DNA of 60,152 nt from Nemertoderma westbladi (Eukaryota; Animalia; Xenacoelomorpha). The stretch lies in NCBI GenBank assembly GCA_032718475.1, contig JAUCBJ010008981.1:1-60152 (forward strand), read 5' to 3'. The notes beneath the pieces are model-generated. The model was not told the DNA's origin. It did not search any database and saw only the letters and a list, made by a program, of their open reading frames with translations. The position numbers and the translations under genes are program-made. This document shows, piece by piece, positions 1-11,983 of this stretch. Position 1 is the first letter of the stretch; each line of letters starts with the position of its first letter.

Positions 1-3000
1 CAGCGTTTCGTAGGTGATGAAGAGTTGCGGAGAAGACTAGATGGGCTTAGCCCTAATAGTGAAGGAGCCCAGCGTGTGTTGGATGCAATTGATGTGGATA
101 GGTTAGCGGCGAACCAAGCTAAATTCGATGAACAACTCCGCATCGCTAGAGACCAAGAAGAACAATTAAAGAAAAAACGTATAGACGATAGAAAGGCAGC
201 GGCAGTGGCAGCAGCAGTGGCAGAGGCAGAAGCGGAAAGAAAGGCGGCAGCAGCAGTGGCAGAGGCAGAAGCGGAAAGAAAGGCAGCAGTGGCAGAGGCC
301 GAAGCGGAAAGGAAAGCGGCAGTAGCAGAGGCAGCGGCAGAAACCGAAAGAAAAGCGGCACTAGCAATAGCAGAAGCAGTGGTAGAAGCAGAACGGAGGG
401 CATCTGAAGAGGCAACCCAACTAGAGTTGGAAATTCTTCAAGAGAAGCAAGACAACTTCAATAAACAGTTAACAGCGAGCAATATGCAGATGATGAGTCG
501 ATCTACTCCCAAGAGACAGGGGTATACATCATCTGAGGAAGGCGATACCACCGACACCGAAGGCGGAGGAAATCGACCTCGCCTAAGCAGACGTAAAAGA
601 ACATTCCACCGTCAGAAATTGCCTGATTTGCCTCCAGCTGTTAGAAGGCAACTAAATAACACCAACTTAGGTAGTACAGAGCCCACAGACCAAATAATTA
701 CAATAGAAAGACTCCCTACTATAGTAGATGAGCCTGAAATAATTAGGCCTGTTCTTGAAATCACCCCTTCGGTGATAGACACACCTGTGCTCCCTGAAGC
801 TACTTCTAAATTCCCTCTACATAGCACTAAGCTACCTGTGCCCAGTAGAACTGCCCAGGAGACAGTTCAGGTCCTGGACCCCGAGCGAAATATTCCAGAT
901 TTGTCGCCCGTTGTCCCTCGTCCGCCCGCTACGACGTTGGCGGATCCCGTTTCGGCGGTTGATTGGGTGGACGAGAGACGGCGGGGGATGGACATTCTCC
1001 TCAGAAAGATGGAGGAGAATCAAACACGCTCCTCTCAACAGGTCCGAGAGTTAGAAGGGACTGTTCAACAGTTAAAGGGCACAGTAAGGGAAAGTAGGCT
1101 GGAGTTGCAAGAAGTGCAGCAAAGTATCGCGCTAGAGCGCGATAAATTAGTAAATACTCAAAAGGGTATACCACCACCCTCTGTAACAATGTGTCAACCC
1201 GTTAGGTCTGAAGTATCCCATGCGCAAGGTGTGGAGCCTACACGCATTTATACTGCTAGCGAAGTAGAAACTCCTATAGTGAACCCTATTAAGGGTAATT
1301 ATAGACCTGTTGATAATGATATTCCATATAGAACTGACCATAATCCTAGAAATTTATATACCGATAACTCGATATTAAATAGCACGATGGCCCAAGAAAG
1401 TTTTACGCGTCAAATGGCTAGAACCGAAGCCCGGCAAGCGGTAAAGGTTGGAGAGATCGTCAAGTTCAATGGAGATGAGATGAAATGGTTACCTTTTAAT
1501 GAATATTACAAAGATAACATACAGAACTCTGTACTATCTAATGGAGAAAAACTTAGATACCTCATCGAGTGCTTGGAAGGATCTCCCAAGTTAATGGCGT
1601 TAAAGTTTATTGGACATCCATACGGATTAAGACAAGTTTGGGATACACTAAACATCAGGTATGGTAATAGGAATAATATCGCTGGGTACTTATATGCAAA
1701 GTTAGTAGCGCCCCGAAAGTTTATTAGTAGCGGAATTATCGAGTTTTCCGATGAGATCCAGGAGATCTGCAGACAATTAGATTGGCTAGGTAAGTCTCAT
1801 GAGTATCAGAACACTATGGTTATTAGAGCAGTGGCTTCTACTTTACCGAAAGGTGGAGTAGGCACACGCTGGGATAAGAAAGTTTTATATATGATGGAAC
1901 AACAACGGCGAGACCCTACCATGGCTGATCTCATGTCATTCCTAGATGGAGAAGTGAAATTACAGCTCCTGAAACAGTCTAGGGAGAAAACACCGGAAAA
2001 CAAGGTAAGTGAAAAACCCGTCTCTAGGAGAAAAATAACACCAGTATGTTATACCGATGACGGCGAAAGCCAGACTTCTCAAGGAGAAGATAGCGGGAAG
2101 GACACGGATAGATCTTATTACGTGAATAAAATGCCTAAAGATCAGGTAAGTAAATTCAAGTCTCGATCAAATGACAGGAGAGAACCGATAAGAAAAACTC
2201 CTCCCACGTCTCCCAAGAGAATTCAGGTGAGAAAGCCCGAAGAAAAGGCAAGTGTACACAATGTGACTCAGAATAAGGTAAGTAACATCAAACCGAAATG
2301 TGCGCTGTGTGACGGGACCCACTATTTGAATAGGTGTGATGAATTTCTAAAGAAATCATTAACGGAGAGACGCGAAGTTATGTGGGATAAGCGGTTATGT
2401 TATAATTGCCTCAGACAAGGACACCAACGGCGTACCTGTTACTCAGACATAAGGTGTGCAAAGTGTGGTGCGAAACATCATATCTTGTTGCACGCTGAAT
2501 TCGATCGAAATAGTCCTAATCAGGTAAGTGATTCCGAACTACATGTCCAATTCAGTGATGTGAACGACACTGATCTATCTGAGATGGAAGGATTCTATAC
2601 GGATGAGTTCTCCGACGAAAACGAATCCTGTTATATGATAAATACCGCAGTGTATCGAGCACTTACATATGAAAAAGATACAGACAGCGACTTCATTCTA
2701 ACTACTTCTGAGCGACAACCATCGTGGAAAGCACCATCTTCCAATGTAGGGATCCGAGAGTTTCCTGTGGTGCAAGTAAGGGTGCACGGACCCAAACGGA
2801 GTTATGTAGTGAACGCCCTCCTGGACTCCGGCAGCACAGGAACATTCATCGATAAAGAGCTAGCCGAAGATATATTTGCTGGACAGCCCAAGTTCCAAAC
2901 CAAGCTAAACATGTCAGGGATCATGCAGGTTTGGAATTCTACTGTAGCTGCCGACTATTATATAGGTGAGTTGTCCACCCCCCAGGACGAACTAGGAGAA

Positions 3001-4035
3001 CATAGCATCAGGTCAGTGAAAATGGTGGCTATAAAGAACTTCGCTACTACTCAAGCAGACCTTTATAATTGGGACGAGGATGAGAGCATCCAACATCTTA
3101 ACATACCTCGATTCCAGACTGATTATCCTGGAGTGCAAATACTCATCGGCCAAAACGCGCATGAGGCGCTGGAGACATTAGAGAAACGGCCTGCTCAACC
3201 GCAGCCACTACAGACCTATGCGGTAAGAACTAGAGTAGGTTGGTACCTTACTGGACCTTCCGGTAGAACGCTCAGGGAAAGACTGCTTCAAGATCGCGTC
3301 TGCCAGGTGAGTGAATGGGAAGATGATACTAGTGAGGGAGACGACCCAACTGAGGGAACACCACATTCCTCAGATAATGACAATCTTAGCTCCAATGTAG
3401 ATCAATGGAGATATTGCCCCAAGAAGTTTAATCCAACGGACATCGCTTCCAGAGGAGCAACTCCTCAAGAACTGACAGATACTATAGACCGGTTAGGTGA
3501 ACCCGACTTCCTGAGTAAGGAGAATGAATGGCCTCCCCATCTTACTCCGACTGAGATTAGACCAGCCAAGGGAGCGGAGAAAGTCGAACCTGAAACCCGG
3601 ACGGGTGGATCGGAGTTATTTGAACCCGGGATAGATCTGTCGGTATTACATGTTGCCAGGGACGACGCCGTGGATCTGGGCCTCCCCTCCGCGAGTGGAT
3701 CCTTCATGAAGATCAGAGAGAGCGATTGGAGCTCTGGAACATCAGACGTCTCGCAGGGACTCTCACCTCTCCTGCAGAGAGCGACGGACCACTATAGCTC
3801 CTGGAATCGGCTTTGTGACGCCGTCATATACTTTGAGCGATGTTTCTATCGTCACTATTCCAGGACGAAGAGGAAACCTGGAATTGTATTCAGGATGCAG
3901 CGACTCAATCACCCAGTCGGTCGTTTGTGTTTATCGGAAGGGAATGGAGGACTCTCCGGAAACTGTGGAAGGCAAGATTCTCTTCCCACGACCACCTCCC
4001 TAATCCTTCAAACATCTAGGGACTCCATAACGTAA
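1..4035 (+). CDS. BEL/Pao Gag-aspartic protease polyprotein with a C-terminal RNase H remnant (5' incomplete)
   Basis: Frame is open from base 1. It has a DUF1759-like region (KFNGDEMKWLPF...LSNGEKLRYLIECLEG...LNIRYG) and three Cys/His knuckles (CALCDGTHYLNRC, CYNCLRQGHQRRTC, CAKCGAKHHILLH). It also has protease ALLDSGS, AVRTRVGWYLTGP, and the Pao RNase H-end motif WRYCPKKFNPTDIASRG...PDFL...WP. Confidence 0.88.
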   Translation, partial: QRFVGDEELRRRLDGLSPNSEGAQRVLDAIDVDRLAANQAKFDEQLRIARDQEEQLKKKRIDDRKAAAVAAAVAEAEAERKAAAAVAEAEAERKAAVAEAEAERKAAVAEAAAETERKAALAIAEAVVEAERRASEEATQLELEILQEKQDNFNKQLTASNMQMMSRSTPKRQGYTSSEEGDTTDTEGGGNRPRLSRRKRTFHRQKLPDLPPAVRRQLNNTNLGSTEPTDQIITIERLPTIVDEPEIIRPVLEITPSVIDTPVLPEATSKFPLHSTKLPVPSRTAQETVQVLDPERNIPDLSPVVPRPPATTLADPVSAVDWVDERRRGMDILLRKMEENQTRSSQQVRELEGTVQQLKGTVRESRLELQEVQQSIALERDKLVNTQKGIPPPSVTMCQPVRSEVSHAQGVEPTRIYTASEVETPIVNPIKGNYRPVDNDIPYRTDHNPRNLYTDNSILNSTMAQESFTRQMARTEARQAVKVGEIVKFNGDEMKWLPFNEYYKDNIQNSVLSNGEKLRYLIECLEGSPKLMALKFIGHPYGLRQVWDTLNIRYGNRNNIAGYLYAKLVAPRKFISSGIIEFSDEIQEICRQLDWLGKSHEYQNTMVIRAVASTLPKGGVGTRWDKKVLYMMEQQRRDPTMADLMSFLDGEVKLQLLKQSREKTPENKVSEKPVSRRKITPVCYTDDGESQTSQGEDSGKDTDRSYYVNKMPKDQVSKFKSRSNDRREPIRKTPPTSPKRIQVRKPEEKASVHNVTQNKVSNIKPKCALCDGTHYLNRCDEFLKKSLTERREVMWDKRLCYNCLRQGHQRRTCYSDIRCAKCGAKHHILLHAEFDRNSPNQVSDSELHVQFSDVNDTDLSEMEGFYTDEFSDENESCYMINTAVYRALTYEKDTDSDFILTTSERQPSWKAPSSNVGIREFPVVQVRVHGPKRSYVVNALLDSGSTGTFIDKELAEDIFAGQPKFQTKLNMSGIMQVWNSTVAADYYIGELSTPQDELGEHSIRSVKMVAIKNFATTQADLYNWDEDESIQHLNIPRFQTDYPGVQILIGQNAHEALETLEKRPAQPQPLQTYAVRTRVGWYLTGPSGRTLRERLLQDRVCQVSEWEDDTSEGDDPTEGTPHSSDNDNLSSNVDQWRYCPKKFNPTDIASRGATPQELTDTIDRLGEPDFLSKENEWPPHLTPTEIRPAKGAEKVEPETRTGGSELFEPGIDLSVLHVARDDAVDLGLPSASGSFMKIRESDWSSGTSDVSQGLSPLLQRATDHYSSWNRLCDAVIYFERCFYRHYSRTKRKPGIVFRMQRLNHPVGRLCLSEGNGGLSGNCGRQDSLPTTTSLILQTSRDSIT

Positions 4036-5687
4036 CAACATATGGAGTGGGTGTGTGACTCTATTATTTTATATTATTTTATCATTTTTATATTTATGTA
4101 TGTATTACTATGTAATTTTATTATAATCGTTTTATTTAATTTAGTAGAATATTATTTTGGCGATTATTTTGTAGAATAGTGCAATATATTCGTGTTTATT
4201 ACGTACGTAATTACTTATATTATATTTAGTGAGACGGCGAAGAAATAATTATTTTTCTCTTTCCTTACTGTCCGTATTATATTATAAATACGTAACTACA
4301 GTAAGATGAAATGTCTGTACTTATTAAAGTACAATAAAGCCACTACTATATTTAGTATTATTGGTAGGCAGAGTATTAGGAATGCAAAGTTCAGATCCTC
4401 GTGTCTCGGCTAAACCAAGCTCTGGGTAGACCTTGGAAACGACTTGCCTCTTCACACTGACATTGCTTCGTGCGATATTGCTCTCATACCGTATATTAAA
4501 TAATACATATAGTAGCGTGATGTCCATTTAACAGTAGCGTATAACGCAAAATAAATCTGTTAAACCCTTTGACCATCTGTAATTCTAGTCGATTAAGATA
4601 TCGCGGCACCCACCGATATACTTGAAAGACAAATTCTAGAATCAGTGGTTAACGTCCCCAGACAAGTTCTGGAATAAATCGGTGCCCATCTCAAATATTA
4701 ATTATTTAATATTTGCAAATCTAATAAATCAAAATCTGTAAAATTCAGATCCTTCAACAATTCTAGTCAATTAAGATATCGTAGCATTTACCGATATTCT
4801 TAAAAAAGACAATTGTCATAGAATTAAGGATCTTGTGTCCCTAGACATGTTCTAGAATCAAAATATGTCCATTTAATTATCAAATAATAAAATTTCAGGG
4901 AATAAATTTAAATTCATGCCTTTTAATGAATTTAATAAATTGCCATTTTTACGCAATTTATAAAGTTCCCAAAATTCCATTAATTAATAGATCAAGGGAG
5001 CGGAGATTTATCTTATCATGCGTATGAGTGTACGAAAGTCTCCCTAACATAGTTAATAGCCGATAAAATTCGTAAAGTCATGTATAAACAGGACATTGAC
5101 TATTAAAGAATTCCTATTAAATAACATCCCAGATCTGTATGCATTGGAATTACTCTAATTCTACCGCTAGCTTTGCATAATGTCACCATAGCAACAACCA
5201 CGCTAGAATTAGAATTGAGTTAAAAGAACAATAGAAAGCTTGTACCATTGAATAGCATAGGGAATAAATAGCGCACTACTAGTATCCAAGGATACATAAT
5301 AATACAGTGACATTCTGGAAGGCATTGACTAACGGACAAATGGCCCGAATGTGTGTAATTTGTGACAAGTTGTGTGTGTGGTACTTGTGAGTTTATAGGC
5401 GAATGTTACTACTAAGGTGTGTTTACAGTAGCTAGTCGCAATCGTAAAAGTAACCTAACTCTCCAAGGAAAACCTGAAGTACATCTAAGTCTTTGGGACG
5501 GACAGTCGAGTGACTTGTGTCGGTTGTCGTTGTCGTTGTGCGGCTACGTCGTTGGCGAAAGTACAGCGGCGACGACACATCGGCGCTGAGGATCTCGTAC
5601 TGTCCGGGGTTGATTGGGGTAGGCAGCGACGCCCGCTCGCCTAAATATAAACTCCTTATAATGTGGATAAACTCATATATAGCAGAA

Positions 5688-6276
5688 ATGACGGAGTTGA
5701 TAGAAGATGGTCTTGGTATCGGGGAGCGATATACTCTACTTTTACAAGCGTTTGTTGATAGCTTAATACGCGGCGACATATACGCAGCGTAATGGTACGT
5801 ATATGGGCTTCTTAACTACTGATCATCCTATCGATTTACACAATACGGACTATGTCGACTGTATATCCTGCCCAGCGGAGTCGGAACCATAAATTGAAAT
5901 TCGAATGCGAAAATTCTATTCGAAATCGGCTCGAAAGAAAAGACATTAAAGAAACAAATAAACGCGGTAACTCCAACATATATTGGTAATTCTTGATAGA
6001 AGCATTGTAACAACAAATAAATATCATCCGCGTTACCCCTACCAGATGTGCGTCTTTGGTATTATTACGATAAATGCCCTAGATCCAGCCAATAAACGGA
6101 AAGACATAAACATCCACGGAAACGTTGTGTTAAACACAGTTGTGCTCGTTATATTTACTGGAGTTTCGAGCGAAACTTGTTTGACGTACCACCTATGCTC
6201 ACTCGGCTCGAACGATCCTGGAGTAAACCTACGATCAGAGTCCCGGAATACTCGATCAAACCTCCTCATTCCTTAG
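5688..6276 (+). pseudogene. Degraded, internally deleted copy of the element's unknown 3' ORF2
   Basis: Fragments MTELIEDG...LQAFVDSLIRGD and RYPYQMCVFGIITINALDPANKRKDINIHGNVVLNTV align with the ORF at 23430-24197 of copy B. Confidence 0.65.
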
Positions 6277-6990
6277 TTGGACCTCAGACCTGCGATCCTG
6301 GTGGTGTCGCGGATCCTCGTGGACTGTATTCACTGTTCAAAGATCTAGTGCTACCCTAACAATTAATCGGTAACACTCCGACAGTGATTTCTAGCTAGCC
6401 GCCCATCTTACCTAGCCGGATTGTGATGCGGACACCTAATATCACTATCCTACCGTATGGTCGTCCCCGTTTAACGCGATACAACCCTTCATCAAGGTGA
6501 AGGAGAGTTTTGTACGAAACGAGTTAAACGTGATTCTATAAAGATCAAAAAGGAAACCTGCGTTTGTTCAGATAAACGTAAGTTATAACAGTAAGTCCAA
6601 TCGATAAACGAATTGGCCTTATCTCGGTTCGATTGGGAAATCTCGAATCTCTAAGAAGATATCAAGCTTAGAAAACCCTATTCTCTGCGAGAGTTGTGGA
6701 CGAACATATCCCATGACAAGCGGAGGAAAATCAGCTCGAGGAGAAGCATATCGAAATGGACGAGACACCGACAGTAAACCCAAACCTTCTAATGCAACCA
6801 TATTGCACCCTTCACCCAGGAGTTATGGCCCTCCTAGTAAAGTGGTTCCCCCCAAAGAGAAAAGGACTCTTGCTAGCTTTAAAAAAACTGCGTAAACGCC
6901 GTCCGCGCAAGAAAGACTAACTGTTTAGAGTATCTTTAGGTTTTAGAAACTGTGATTTTTATATTTTATAGACTGAAAATCCCATTTTCT

Positions 6991-6998
6991 GGGAGCGG
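6991..6998 (+). promoter_or_regulatory. Polypurine tract of copy A
   Basis: GGGAGCGG lies directly before the 3' LTR TG. The same sequence is in copy B (22651-22658, -). Confidence 0.7.
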
Positions 6999-8233
6999 TG
7001 TAAAAGCCTTTGCTGAATTGCCCCGTTATTTTTATTATCTTTTACATTAAAATACTCTGTAGTTGATTTAATAAGTGTAAGAGACCGTATTATTGCTGTA
7101 TCGGTGTTTTTAGAGGATCTAAGACCTATTTCCTCCGTATGTGTACTGTGAAAGGCATATTTTATGATTCTATGGCAATTCGTGACGCAAAGGGGTGATA
7201 GCTACTCTTGAACAGTAGTTACTATGACTACGGTTAACAGCTGACATTCATACGTGTTGATTTCCTTTGTTCTACGGCGTCTCTCAGTTCAGTCAGCCAA
7301 TTAGAGCGTTTTTGTGGCTCCTTGTACAGAAAATTTCCGAGAAATGACGCAATGCCTATGTGCAGTGTTTACATTCAGTCCTGAGCCAAAGAAAGAACGG
7401 CTTGGAAGTATTTTGTGCTTTACTGTTTTAGCCGTACACTAGTAGGCTTAATCACAAGGACATATATCCGTTATCTAACTTGACTAACCTAACTCAATGC
7501 AATCAATGCATACTGCAGTACTGCATACACTGCATACTGTGTAACACTGTGCATACTTTATATTGTTATACTGCTATTTGCTGTCTGTACTTCATAATAT
7601 GGTTGATGAATTATTATATTTGGAATAACGATAAATAACCCAGAAAACCCAATATTCTTGATATACTGAAGGTAAGAGAGAAAGGTTATACATAACGATT
7701 GTGACTTATGTTAAAGTGGTTTGAAGTGAATCTAATGTTATTTGATAGCCCCTACATGAGTCAGTCCGTGTTCCTTTTATATGTAACTAAAATCAGTGAA
7801 GATCGGCAGATCAGTGTGCAGTATTGTGCAGCATTGTGTGCGGGTGATACTGATAACGAAGCATTTCCTAAAGAATGCAACATATATGTGAATTATAATT
7901 AAGCCATATCGTTGTGAGTAGTTTAAGTCATAACTCTGTTTATATAAATAAAGCGCCACGTCCTAAAGGAACTGTTAATATTCCCGAAGGTGAATAATAT
8001 TGTCAGAGATTATATAATACTGTCAGTCGAATAATACATTAAGCTTACATAGCAATAAAATTAAGCCGTCGAACCCAATCTCCCGGGAATTATCCAGCGG
8101 GTGAATGATCGCGCACAGATTGGTTTCGACTAGTGTAGTGAATCAAATATTTGTCATCGGCTAAAGTGATTTATTATCTAACAGACATCCTAATTTGGCA
8201 GGTTAAACTGCCAAAGGTCTGAAAGCGCGAACA
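6999..8233 (+). repeat. 3' LTR of copy A (1235 bp)
   Basis: TGT...ACA termini match the reverse complement of the copy B LTRs. Homology stops exactly at GCGCGAACA (8233). Confidence 0.9.
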
Positions 8234-9324
8234 CCGGGTGTGTTGTCATAGCAAAGTTTCAGTTTTTATTATGTGGGACGAGCCACAAAGTACTGCTGAG
8301 AAAGACTGAAAGGTTCAAAGACTGTATGTCAACAATGTTATTATTATTATAGTCTGCGCCACAAACAGAATATGCCAAATAATTAAATTAGCAATATAAA
8401 TTTCAGAAAAATAGCTATCGGACTTGGCTGAAGAAATCGAATTATAATCCACTTAGTTTGTTATATTGATGATATTATTACTCTCTGGGAATGTGTTGGA
8501 ATGGGAGATTGTAAATTATTATTGAACAGTAAATATTACATATCCCATAAAAGTCGTCATAATTAATTGTGTAGAAACAATTGTTCACCTTCTCGTTTAG
8601 ATTAATTAGTAAATAAATAAATTAGTTTAGATATTTTCTGTTAGCGAATTTATTTCGAATAATAAAAAAGTGTGTAGGCCGATTTTATGGTTGTTTAATT
8701 TGCGTTATTATTTTTCGCCGCGACCTAGACTTCTATTAATTGTTAAATCTAATGGTTTTCAAAAAGAAAGGTAACCGTACCTGTACTGGTAAATCTAACT
8801 TGTTATTTATCTGGTTGTGAATCATGGGCATTTTCTTATAAATATTCGGTTGTTAGTGGCAGCAAAGTTTCATTTTTTATTATGTGGGGCAAGCCACAAA
8901 GTCAGCTATGTATCATCACACCATTTAGACAATTGTTTAGTTTAGTATTGGCTAGGATTCTTCCCCCCGGGCTCCTTCCAGCCAGCTTGCTGGCTCTCTA
9001 GTAATATTTAATTAATTAAACTGTAATAAACAAATAGTTAACATAAACAAATTTAAATACATTTTAACTAAAATAATTGCCACTGCAACAATGAAGAATG
9101 TCGATGCAGTGTCGGTTTGTCAATTAGCTTGTCTGTTTATCTCTTTGGGTTATTGGTTTGACTAAATAAACCTCTGAGAAATTTTGACTTGCAAACTGAA
9201 AGTGAAGGAAAATAAACCGGTTTATGTAAGTAATACATAGTATTTATTTTTTTCTTGTAAAATTCCATTTTTATTCGTACAAGCTCCCGGGAACTTTTTT
9301 CTCGATTGCGAAATACCATAATTT

Positions 9325-10013
9325 CCAACACGAAATCAAAAAGCTGCATTAGGAATAATTGTATTGTTAAACCCAGTTCATTAAGGCAAAGTCTTATGTT
9401 AACAAACCCAACAGTATACAATAAGCCGCCTGGCTTATGGGGATACGGATACATAAAGGGTTGAATAGTTATGAAGTGTTCATCCTTGGGGGTTAGCGTT
9501 GTTTCTTTTCAGGTACCATCCAAGAGAGAAGGTGCTTCCGTTATTTCATGTTTCCTTCCTTCACTTTACTTTACATCATTTAGGTAAATAAATACCAATT
9601 ACGTCACACAATGTGCAGCTGTATGTAAAGTAATAAATTTCGGCAGTGTATCGCACTGTACTGTATGTCCAAGTTTAGGAACGGATACCGCAGAAATATA
9701 CCACCGACAACAGTCTGACTACCACCGACAAAAACTAATAATAATAGCAAAACACCGACATATGAAAAACACTAACGATTTTTACCATTACGTTATGCAA
9801 TATAATAATTTAAAACAGATAATTTATGAAGGTGGTATTATATTTTAAAGAAGTTATGATGACTAATTACACCACCGACAACAACAGGCCGACAGTGGAC
9901 AATATAATTTGTTATAAATATTTCGACTGATTGTTTTATCATGCAGTGAAATAGTTAACTATCATCGCCGAAGTTATCGGTATACTGTCGGTTTGCGATT
10001 TTACCTGTCGGTT
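9325..10013. repeat. ~690-bp direct repeat, copy 1
   Basis: Collinear with 11018-11699 from CCAACACGAAA to TTACCTGTCGGTT. Confidence 0.85.
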
Positions 10014-11017
10014 TGTGTCTTTTGTTGTCGATGTTATGTCAAATGTGTCGGTAGCGTATTACTTTGAAGGCAATTTTCTCGGAATGACATTCTTTCACGT
10101 AAATTTTTTATTCACAAATTATTGTTATTTACAAATTAATTAACAACCGCAGGGGGTAGCCCCCCGTAATTAATGTCTCATATTTACACAATGCAAGACG
10201 GCGTAACTGACAGACTTACGGGGGTTTGTCATTGTGACATTTCTTGCATTGTATCGAATGCATTTACATACACTTTGTACAACGCAAAAACGCTGTTAGT
10301 ACAAAAGACAACCCTGAAGTTAAAATATTAATGGAAAGTGAAAAATAACACGCCGAAAAATTTCCCACCCCCAGAAGAAATTAGAAATTTACGGACAATT
10401 TAAACCAACAATCTGAAGACAAAAGGTAATTTGCGTTTTACTCGAAATTACTTTTTTGACTTACGGTCTTTTTATATTGAACGGCAGAATTGGTGTTATA
10501 ATATCTTCACAAGGAAATAAGCAGTCAGCCAACAGTGATAGAGTTGTCTAAGAGTGTCGGTTTGCCATTTTGTTTGTCGGTTGGTTGACTACCAAAGGCA
10601 ACTTTTCACATACACCGATATAAACAAAGTATTTCAATTTTTCATAATGGCAAAATGCCACCAGCCCCTCCCCCAGAGAGACCACTATCACCACACTTAG
10701 CTTTTCATTTCTTCCGGAGTAATTTTTATATTTTGAGAATTACTCAAAGTGTATTATGTAGAATGAATTTAATTTAGGAAAATATATTTTTGATGTCTAT
10801 CTGTCAACCAATCTTTCAATCGATCAATATATTTTTCCACCAACACATCAATCAATACATACTGTATACAGTAGGTACCTGAAATGTATAAGTAAAAAAG
10901 TACTGTAACAAAAAGTAAAACACATTATCGTATACAATAGGCTATATTGCGCCTCTGCATTCTCACGGGCTGGGCACCGTTTTTTGTTTCGGTCGCCCAA
11001 ATTCTATACAGTAAATG

Positions 11018-11699
11018 CCAACACGAAAACAAAAAGCTGCATTAGCAATAAATTTTAAAGCCAGTTAAGGCAAAGTCTTATGTTAACAAATCCAACAGTA
11101 CAATATGCCGCCTGGCTTATGGGGATGCAGAAAAGATTGAATAGTTATGAAGTGGTCATCCTTGGGAGATTGTGTTGCGTAACCATTCTTTTCCGGTAAC
11201 ATCCAAGAGAGAAAGGAGCATCCGTTGCTTCTTGTTTCCTTCCTCCACTTTACTTTACGCCATTTAAATAAATACCAATTACGTCACACAATGTGCAGCT
11301 GTATGTAAAGTAATAAAATTCGACAGTGTATCGCACTGTACTGTATGTCCGAGTTTAGGAACGGATACCGCAGAAATATACCACCGACAATAGTCTGACT
11401 ACCACCGACAAAAACTAATAATAAAAGAAACACACCGACATATGAAAAACACTAACGATATTTACCATTACGCTATGCAATATAATAATTTAAAACAGAT
11501 AACATATGAAGGCGGTATTTTATTTTAAAGAAATTATCATGACTAATTACACCACCGACAACAGGCCGACAGTGGACAATATAATTTGTTATAAATATTT
11601 GGACTGGAAATAAAAATTGTATAATGATGTACTGAAATAGTTTACTAACATTGCCGAAGTTGTCGGTATACTGTCGGTTTGCGATTTTACCTGTCGGTT
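11018..11699. repeat. ~690-bp direct repeat, copy 2
   Basis: Collinear with 9325-10013. Confidence 0.85.
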
Positions 11700-11983
11700 A
11701 GGGAAAAGCTTGTTGATTTAGTGCATTTAACCCTGGCTGGGTGGCCTAGATTAGCAAGCACTCACACAACACACAACCTGCAACCAATTAAACGGAACAG
11801 TGCTGTAATAACCTAAAGTATTCATAAAACAGGCAATATTATTGGATGCTCACAAAATGAGTTCTTGTGGTTTTTACTCTCATGTGGTCCCGACAGTCTG
11901 TTCATCATTTTGTTAACTGATGACTGCTGACTACAGGGCTAATAATAACTGAATTGCCGATACGGCGATACCAAAAAACTGAA

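Larger units (their letters stand above)
1..8233 (+). mobile_element. BEL/Pao-derived LTR retroelement, copy A (non-autonomous, pol-deleted; 5' part outside window)
   Basis: Gag-protease ORF with BEL/Pao signatures, a 3' region collinear with copy B, a PPT and a 3' LTR (TGTAAA...GCGAACA). No RT or integrase motifs found. Confidence 0.9.

Noticed and set aside
190-410. Ala/Glu-rich repeat as a separate host protein
   Set aside because: Low-complexity coiled-coil segment inside Gag, also present with different unit number in copy B.
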